A stretch of DNA of 6,132 nucleotides from a virus: IMG/VR virus record IMGVR_UViG_3300020030_000011, positions 1-6,132 of that record; one strand, given 5' to 3'. Under the pieces are notes generated by a model. That model made no database searches, had not been told where the DNA came from, and saw only the letters and a list, made by a program, of their open reading frames with translations. The translations under genes were made by a program, and so were the position numbers. This document shows positions 1 to 4,290 of this stretch, one piece after another. The stretch's first letter is position 1. The number at the start of each line of letters is the position of its first letter.

Positions 1-70
1 CCTCTCGTATTCTGTTCAGAAGAAGAATCTGGTTAATAAAACGTTTGCAACCCGTTTGTCTAATCGTTAA
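1..70 (+). CDS. VP1: 3' fragment of the major capsid protein VP1 gene (duplicate of 6012..6081; 5' end lies outside the left edge because of circular permutation)
   Basis: The sequence is identical to the end of the 4291..6081 ORF and ends at TAA 68-70, encoding ...LSYSVQKKNLVNKTFATRLSNR*. Confidence 0.9.
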   Translation, partial: LSYSVQKKNLVNKTFATRLSNR

Positions 71-121
71 TGTATTGATTTTATGGCACTTGATTGGTTA
101 CTTGAGGATGCCCCCTCTTAC
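1..121. repeat. Left copy of the 121-nt terminal direct repeat (overlap from linearising a circular genome)
   Basis: Base-by-base comparison shows 1-121 identical to 6012-6132. It covers the last 70 nt of VP1, a 12-nt spacer and the first 39 nt of the next ORF. Confidence 0.97.
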
Positions 122-379
122 GTTTCTCGTGGTCAGCGCATTCTTTCCGTCCTTAATGGCTCTGGTTCTGTAGATGTTCTTCCTGGTCGTCCAGACGTGA
201 TGGCTGAGCCTTCTGACTTTGAGAAGGGAGAGAAATTCAATCCTGAAATTGATTTCGATCCTAACTCCTTTTCCCGGATGGATAAGTTTGATGGTCTCGA
301 GGTTGGTCAGGAACTTATTGATTCAATGCTCGATAGGTCTAAACCTACTTCGAATACCTCTGACCCTGAAGAAAAATAG
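83..379 (+). CDS. Hypothetical acidic 98-aa protein; possible scaffolding-type (VP3/B-like) protein by position and charge only
   Basis: ATG at 83, 12 nt after the VP1 stop. It has genome-typical T-ending codons. I count 21 D/E against 10 K/R residues, with no hydrophobic segment and no motif I recognise. Confidence 0.6.
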   Translation: MALDWLLEDAPSYVSRGQRILSVLNGSGSVDVLPGRPDVMAEPSDFEKGEKFNPEIDFDPNSFSRMDKFDGLEVGQELIDSMLDRSKPTSNTSDPEEK

Positions 380-409
380 TACATTCTTCACTTGACGATA
401 TATGTTACG

Positions 410-482
410 TGCGCGGACCCCTCTTGCAAGAGTTCGTGAATTGCTAGAGGTTATTGGTAACGACTGCAGGAGAGGTCGCGCA
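410..482. other. Imperfect long-range inverted repeat enclosing a perfect 12-nt palindrome (CTCTTGCAAGAG, 421-432); possible structured leader or ssDNA element
   Basis: TGCGCG at 410-415 pairs with CGCGCA at 477-482. After a bulge, ACC at 417-419 pairs with GGT at 474-476, and TCT at 422-424 pairs with AGA at 471-473. CTCTTGCAAGAG at 421-432 is its own reverse complement. Confidence 0.4.
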
Positions 483-512
483 TTTTTCTATCGTTCTTTA
501 AATTTTACAACC

Positions 513-704
513 ATGTCTGACACTAAACAACCGTTCTATAAATCGAAGGCGTTTTGGACGCTTGTCTCCTCTATTGTTGCTGCTTTGTCTGCCTTTTTTC
601 TCGCTTCGTGTTCTGCCCAGGCTAGAGTGCAGCGTAGTGGCGTTCACATTGACACTGTCCGTGTTGATTACATCATTCGTTCTAACAATTTGAATCACGT
701 ATAG
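513..704 (+). CDS. Small putative lipoprotein (63 aa) with an SPase II-type signal peptide; function unknown (lysis, exclusion or envelope-acting candidate)
   Basis: From the ATG at 513 the protein reads MSDTKQPFYKSKAFWTLVSSIVAALSAFFLASC SAQ.... This gives a Lys-containing n-region, a roughly 18-residue hydrophobic core and the lipobox L-A-S-C, with Cys33 encoded at 609-611. The ORF is also open from the ATG at 402 (100 aa), but that start would bury the signal peptide behind 37 residues. The stop TAG at 702-704 lies 1 nt before the VP2 ATG. Confidence 0.6.
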   Translation: MSDTKQPFYKSKAFWTLVSSIVAALSAFFLASCSAQARVQRSGVHIDTVRVDYIIRSNNLNHV

Positions 705-705
705 T

Positions 706-2076
706 ATGCCTGTTCCTGTTGCTCCTACTGCTGCATCTTTTGGCCAGGCTCTTGGTCAATCTGCTGCCTCTACTGGTTCTACCGGTTTGATAACTGGCGC
801 TCTCGGTCAACTTTTCGGAGGCATGAATGCTCGCCGCCAGTGGCGTTACCAACAAAAGCAAATGAAGCTCCAACAGCAGTATGCTTTAGAGCAAATGCAG
901 AAACAATCAGAGCTATCTTATGCTAATTGGCAGAAACAGTTTGATTATGAGAATGCCTATAATGACCCCTCGAAGGTTTTTGACCGTTATTTGAAGGCTG
1001 GCGTAACTCCCGCCGCTGTTTTAGGCTCTTCAGGCGTTGGCGTAAATGCTACTATGTCTGGTGGTTCTGCCCCTATGCCCTCTGCTTCCGGTCCTTCCGG
1101 TGGTACTCCCGTTGGTCCCGGCGTTGCCCCTGTTAGCGATCCTACTGCTATTGCGCAGAATATGGTTGCGCAGTCTACGGTGAGCCGTAACGATGCTGCC
1201 GCTAATCTTGACAATGCTCAAGCTCAATCAATTGACGATCAAAATGTTGGTAAGCAGCTGTATACTCTTATGGCAGAGACTCGTGTAGCTTTAGATAAGG
1301 CTGCTGCTAAACATAATTTGGCCGTTGCGGATGTCCTCAAAGTGCAGGAGAGTATCGAGAAGAATGCCCTCTTTATTTCCGATGCTACCCTTTTGAGCGC
1401 TATTGCCGAAAAGAAGAGTCAAGCTGCTCTTGTTGACGCGGAGGTTCGTCGTTTGAATATCGAGAATGAGAATTTAGGTGCTGTTATGTCGGCTCAGGCT
1501 TTTATGATGAATACTCAGGCTGCCCTTAATCAGGTTCTTGGCGAACAAGCCCGTGAGGTTATAGAGTCCTTACGTCTAAACAATCTTGATGCCGCTAATG
1601 AGCTCGCGCGTAATTGGGAAAAGCGTTTTGATATTGAGATTCCAAACCCTCGTTACTCCGAAAATCTTAGAAGTAATAACCCTATTACTCGTGGAAATCC
1701 TGGCCCTCGTACTTTTAAGGTTTCAATGTCTCTTAAGGATTTTTATGATAAGACCATTGTAAATGAGGCGAATGCTTCTGATTTTCTTCCCGAGCAAGCT
1801 CGTATCGCTCTTCGTAATGCAAAGGTTGATCCGTATGTTGAAATTTCTAAAGCCTTGGTTGGTGCGGCTGCTAGTATTGCCGGCGCAGGCATAATCCGTG
1901 GAGGCATGTCTCGTGCGTCTAAGACTATCTCTGCTGGTGGTTCTACCAGTGATTCTGCTGGCTCTTCGCTTACGACTCGTTATGACTCGAAAGGACATCT
2001 TGTTGGTTATGCGAAAACAGAGATGACCCGTGGTACTCATTCGAGTTCGTATAATACTACTCGAAGTTATCGTTAG
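706..2076 (+). CDS. VP2: Minor capsid / DNA pilot protein VP2 (phiX174 H-like functional class), 456 aa
   Basis: The N-terminus is Gly/Ala/Ser-rich, followed by a Q/K-rich stretch and then ENAYNDPSKVFDRYLKAGVTPAAVLG (958-1011). This matches the conserved Microviridae VP2 motif (YNsP..q..R...AGlNP). Next come a G/P/S-rich linker (about 1024-1143) and a long Ala/Leu/Gln/Asn-rich, probably helical region. The position after the capsid module is typical. Confidence 0.85.
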   Translation: MPVPVAPTAASFGQALGQSAASTGSTGLITGALGQLFGGMNARRQWRYQQKQMKLQQQYALEQMQKQSELSYANWQKQFDYENAYNDPSKVFDRYLKAGVTPAAVLGSSGVGVNATMSGGSAPMPSASGPSGGTPVGPGVAPVSDPTAIAQNMVAQSTVSRNDAAANLDNAQAQSIDDQNVGKQLYTLMAETRVALDKAAAKHNLAVADVLKVQESIEKNALFISDATLLSAIAEKKSQAALVDAEVRRLNIENENLGAVMSAQAFMMNTQAALNQVLGEQAREVIESLRLNNLDAANELARNWEKRFDIEIPNPRYSENLRSNNPITRGNPGPRTFKVSMSLKDFYDKTIVNEANASDFLPEQARIALRNAKVDPYVEISKALVGAAASIAGAGIIRGGMSRASKTISAGGSTSDSAGSSLTTRYDSKGHLVGYAKTEMTRGTHSSSYNTTRSYR

Positions 2077-2092
2077 AATTGTTGTTTTTTTT
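2040..2092 (+). terminator. Weak candidate terminator: a 7-bp hairpin overlapping the end of VP2, followed at a distance by a T8 run
   Basis: TTCGAGT at 2040-2046 pairs with ACTCGAA at 2059-2065 (12-nt loop). The T8 run is at 2085-2092. The 19-nt spacing between stem and T-run is not canonical for an intrinsic terminator. Confidence 0.2.
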
Positions 2093-2120
2093 GCATTTTA
2101 GATTTTTGTTGTTATATTTG
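2090..2120 (+). promoter_or_regulatory. Candidate Bacteroidota-type promoter (-33 TTTG / -7 TAnnTTTG) for the 2147 ORF
   Basis: TTTG at 2090-2093, a 19-nt spacer, then TATATTTG at 2113-2120. It lies in an AT-rich 70-nt intergenic region, 26 nt upstream of the ATG at 2147. This matches the published Bacteroides consensus TTTG-N19-21-TAnnTTTG. Confidence 0.4.
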
Positions 2121-2146
2121 CGTCGTAAACCAATAACTCTATTGCT

Positions 2147-2464
2147 ATGAAAAAGAACAAAAAATTCAAAGATGTTGAGTTGCTAGTCGATGTCGTAGAA
2201 TATGCGTTTGTCGAGTGGCTTATTCGTCGAAATTTGTATCTTGCTTTTCAGGAGAATTACGATCGTGCTGCTGAGTCTCCGAAGCCCTTTCGAGATTGTT
2301 TGCGCGAGCACATTCGATATCTTTATTGTGACACTCATCTCAAACCAAGCTCCCTCATCTCCTCTTCCTTTCTGTTTACTTCGGCCCCTGAGGGTTATAG
2401 ATTCTGGCTTAAGCAGTCCGAGGCCTGGGAGCAGTTTTTTACTAGTCTTACAAAGAAAATTTAA
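2147..2464 (+). CDS. Hypothetical protein, 105 aa (ORFan accessory gene)
   Basis: ATG start preceded by the candidate promoter. The composition is globular-looking and codons are mostly T-ending. The C-terminal stretch FLFTSAPEGYRFWLKQSEAWEQFF resembles an F/W-x-T-x-EG-x-x-FW...W pattern that I recall, from memory only, in other uncharacterised phage proteins. Confidence 0.65.
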   Translation: MKKNKKFKDVELLVDVVEYAFVEWLIRRNLYLAFQENYDRAAESPKPFRDCLREHIRYLYCDTHLKPSSLISSSFLFTSAPEGYRFWLKQSEAWEQFFTSLTKKI

Positions 2465-2475
2465 ATTACGTTATT

Positions 2476-2799
2476 ATGACACACGTTCATGTTGTTATTC
2501 GCCGTATTAATCCGGCCCTCAAGGTTGATTTTGTACAGGTAGGCTATATCAAGGATAGCCAGTTCGAGTCGCTTCCTCTTGATGCTCTTTCTTGTACACC
2601 TATTTCTGACTATATAGAACGCTCCGACATTTCTGCTTCGCCCTATGTTGATCATTGCCGCATTCCTAGTCTTTTAGAGGCCTTGATTGCATATCCTGAC
2701 TTTTCGGTTGACTTTTTTGACAATACGCTCGTTCTTATGTTTAGCGCTAATCTGACTCACGATGAAGGCACGTCGAAAGAAGAAGGGAAGGGGCACTAA
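2476..2799 (+). CDS. Hypothetical acidic protein, 107 aa (ORFan accessory gene)
   Basis: The ATG lies 11 nt after the upstream stop. I count about 16 D/E against 8 K/R residues. There is no TM segment and no recognisable motif. Confidence 0.6.
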   Translation: MTHVHVVIRRINPALKVDFVQVGYIKDSQFESLPLDALSCTPISDYIERSDISASPYVDHCRIPSLLEALIAYPDFSVDFFDNTLVLMFSANLTHDEGTSKEEGKGH

Positions 2800-2842
2800 A
2801 GTAGTGACCCGCCCGCTTGGTGGAAGAGTTCTTTAACTCTCT

Positions 2843-2874
2843 GAGCCTCAGGAGATTTTTTTCTCCTGTGGCTC
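2843..2874. other. Strong stem-loop in the 217-nt non-coding region (12 bp plus one T:T mismatch, T6 loop); candidate terminator or ssDNA origin/priming structure
   Basis: GAGCCTCAGGAGA at 2843-2855 pairs with TCTCCTGTGGCTC at 2862-2874, with the only mismatch at 2848/2869. The loop is TTTTTT at 2856-2861. A T6 run follows at 2889-2894. Confidence 0.55.
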
Positions 2875-3016
2875 TCTCGTTCTTATACTTTTTTCGAGCC
2901 GTTAAGAGTGTGGCGAGGAAATGTTTCTGGAGCCGACGATATCGCGGATGCGAGATCGAGGCCCGAAACAGCGCAGCCCGCTTAGGCTCGTGTTGTGTAA
3001 ATTAATTTTTTTAACC

Positions 3017-3217
3017 ATGGATTACATTGATTTTAGACCTAGGTTTGCTCCTATCATTAACGGCTCTCCGCTTCGTTACTCCGTTGCTATGTATCGAGGT
3101 AAGAAGCGAATCATTGTCGCCTGGTTCGCCGACGAAACCCCCGCGATTGAGTATCTTGCTCGTTGTCGCCGCGATAATCCTTATGCTGAATTCGATTGTC
3201 TCCAAAGTTTGTTCTAA
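3017..3217 (+). CDS. Hypothetical small protein, 66 aa, translationally coupled to VP4
   Basis: From the ATG at 3017 it encodes MDYIDFRPRFAPIINGSPLRYSVAMYRGKKRIIVAWFADETPAIEYLARCRRDNPYAEFDCLQSLF. The stop TAA at 3215-3217 shares its last A with the ATG at 3217-3219 (TAATG). The upstream in-frame extension to 2921 has G/C-ending codons unlike the rest of the genome, so I prefer 3017. Confidence 0.55.
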   Translation: MDYIDFRPRFAPIINGSPLRYSVAMYRGKKRIIVAWFADETPAIEYLARCRRDNPYAEFDCLQSLF

Positions 3218-4287
3218 TGGCCTGCTCTTCTCCCATATGGATACGCAATCGGCGCTATTTCGACAAGAAGAATCCTTGTCGTGATGGTTCTGATGTTGCT
3301 AAGTCTGCTTTGGCTCTTCGGCCTTGGGATGTCGCGCGTCAGTGGCTGCTAATCCCGTGCGGAAAGTGCGAAGACTGTCTGCGTCGTCAACGTAATGATT
3401 GGTTTGTCCGCCTTGAACGCGAGCTTTCTCGTTGTAAGGCTAATGGCCAGCAAGCTATTTTCATCACAATCACAATCGCTCCGAAGCATTATAACGAGGC
3501 ACTACTTGATCCTTCTCGATTTATTCGTCGCTTTAATGAACGCTTGCGACACAAGCTTGGTCATTCGTTTAAGCACGCTTTTTTTCAAGAGTTTGGTACT
3601 CATCCTGAGATGGGAAATGAGCCTCGTTTGCACTTTCATGGTTTCTTGTTTGGTACAAATGTCCTTTATAATACTATTCGTGCCGCTGTTCGAGACCTTG
3701 GCTTTTTGTGGTTAACGAAGGCCACCCACAAGCGCGCTCGTTATTGCGTCAAGTATGTCACTAAACAAATTGAGTTTAATCCCGAAGAAATTTCGGATAA
3801 ATATGTTACTGTAAATGGAAAGCTTACACCTTTATCTTGCCTCCTCCAACATCGCCGTTATACGCGAAAATTCGTATCTGCTGGCGTTGGTGATTTTCTT
3901 GGTTACATGCCTCGTCCTTCTGCTCGTGTTTCGTCGTGGTCTTACTATGATTTTGAGAAGCGTATCAATTACAACTACACGATTCCTCGATACTATTTTA
4001 GATATCTTAAACCGGAAGACGAGGTTATGCGTTCGATTGCCGCTGCTGACGCTTATGCACGTTTTAGCGAGTCTTCTCTGGTTAAGCGTATTGTGTCTTT
4101 GTGTGTTGAGCGGTTTGGTCTCAATTCCGCCGTATCCCGTAGATCGTCGTACGTGTGGGAACAAAAGCAAATAATGCGTTTTTCTGCATCTTCTCGAAAG
4201 ATGCCTGATTTCGCTCCCCCTACCTGGTTAGATTTAGATATTCTTCAGTTTTGGAGAGATCACTACAAACTTCAACTAATTACTTAA
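3217..4287 (+). CDS. VP4: Replication initiation protein VP4 (phiX174 A-like HUH rolling-circle endonuclease), 356 aa from ATG 3217
   Basis: RCR motif 1 is FITITI (3460-3477). The HUH motif is LHFHGFLF, with H at 3631-3633 and H at 3637-3639. The two-tyrosine motif YCVKYVTK has Tyr at 3742-3744 and 3754-3756. The N-terminal MACSSP... and the PCGKCEDC cluster (3358-3378) are typical of Microviridae VP4. The ORF track starts at TTG 3196; ATG 3217 in the TAATG overlap is more plausible. Confidence 0.9.
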   Translation: MACSSPIWIRNRRYFDKKNPCRDGSDVAKSALALRPWDVARQWLLIPCGKCEDCLRRQRNDWFVRLERELSRCKANGQQAIFITITIAPKHYNEALLDPSRFIRRFNERLRHKLGHSFKHAFFQEFGTHPEMGNEPRLHFHGFLFGTNVLYNTIRAAVRDLGFLWLTKATHKRARYCVKYVTKQIEFNPEEISDKYVTVNGKLTPLSCLLQHRRYTRKFVSAGVGDFLGYMPRPSARVSSWSYYDFEKRINYNYTIPRYYFRYLKPEDEVMRSIAAADAYARFSESSLVKRIVSLCVERFGLNSAVSRRSSYVWEQKQIMRFSASSRKMPDFAPPTWLDLDILQFWRDHYKLQLIT

Positions 4288-4290
4288 TTT

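Noticed and set aside
1-121. The terminal direct repeat might be an LTR, a transposon end or a target-site duplication.
   Set aside because: The repeat runs straight through a coding sequence (the VP1 3' end, a spacer and the next ORF's 5' end) and restores an intact VP1 when the ends are joined. That is the signature of a circular genome written out linearly with overlap, not of a mobile-element terminus.
396-429. Possible XerC/D dif-like site on the reverse strand (GGTCCGCGCACGTAACATATATCGTCAAGT compared with E. coli dif GGTGCGCATAATGTATATTATGTTAAAT).
   Set aside because: Only scattered identity remains after introducing gaps (GCGCA, TAA, TATAT), and about 6 of 11 positions match in the XerD arm. 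Bacteroidota dif sequences differ from the E. coli site, and I cannot evaluate the match without an alignment to host dif sites.
402-512. ATG 402 as the start of the 100-aa version of the lipoprotein ORF.
   Set aside because: It would place 37 residues in front of an otherwise canonical N-terminal lipoprotein signal peptide, and this stretch is rich in palindromic structure. I kept it as an alternative in the findings rather than making it the primary call.
2202-2510. A 102-aa hydrophobic + strand ORF overlapping the 2147 and 2476 ORFs.
   Set aside because: It is an off-frame reading of T-rich coding sequence (Leu/Phe/Ser/Ile-rich). It spans the stop/start junction of two better-formed ORFs, and the 2147 frame shows the genome-typical T-ending codon bias.
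2817-3005. A 62-aa Arg-rich ORF in the long intergenic region, which could be a J/VP5-like DNA-binding protein.
   Set aside because: It starts with TTG only, runs straight through the strong hairpin, and uses G/C-ending codons unlike all confident genes. I cannot exclude it without comparative data, so it is mentioned under the non-coding island finding.
2921-3016. An upstream in-frame extension (ATG 2921) of the 3017..3217 ORF, giving 98 aa.
   Set aside because: Third codon positions in 2921-3016 are mostly G/C and switch to T-rich only after 3017. The extension also overlaps the palindromic, GC-rich non-coding elements.
2985-3016. A promoter for the 3017-VP4-VP1 operon (TAATTTTT at 3003-3010).
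   Set aside because: The -7-like element lacks the terminal G and sits only 6 nt from the ATG. No TTTG lies 19-21 nt upstream. The evidence is too weak to annotate.
3027-3284. An 85-aa + strand ORF overlapping the 66-aa ORF and the VP4 start.
   Set aside because: It is a hydrophobic off-frame product (Leu/Ser/Ile-rich) with no independent support. It conflicts with the clean TAATG-coupled arrangement.
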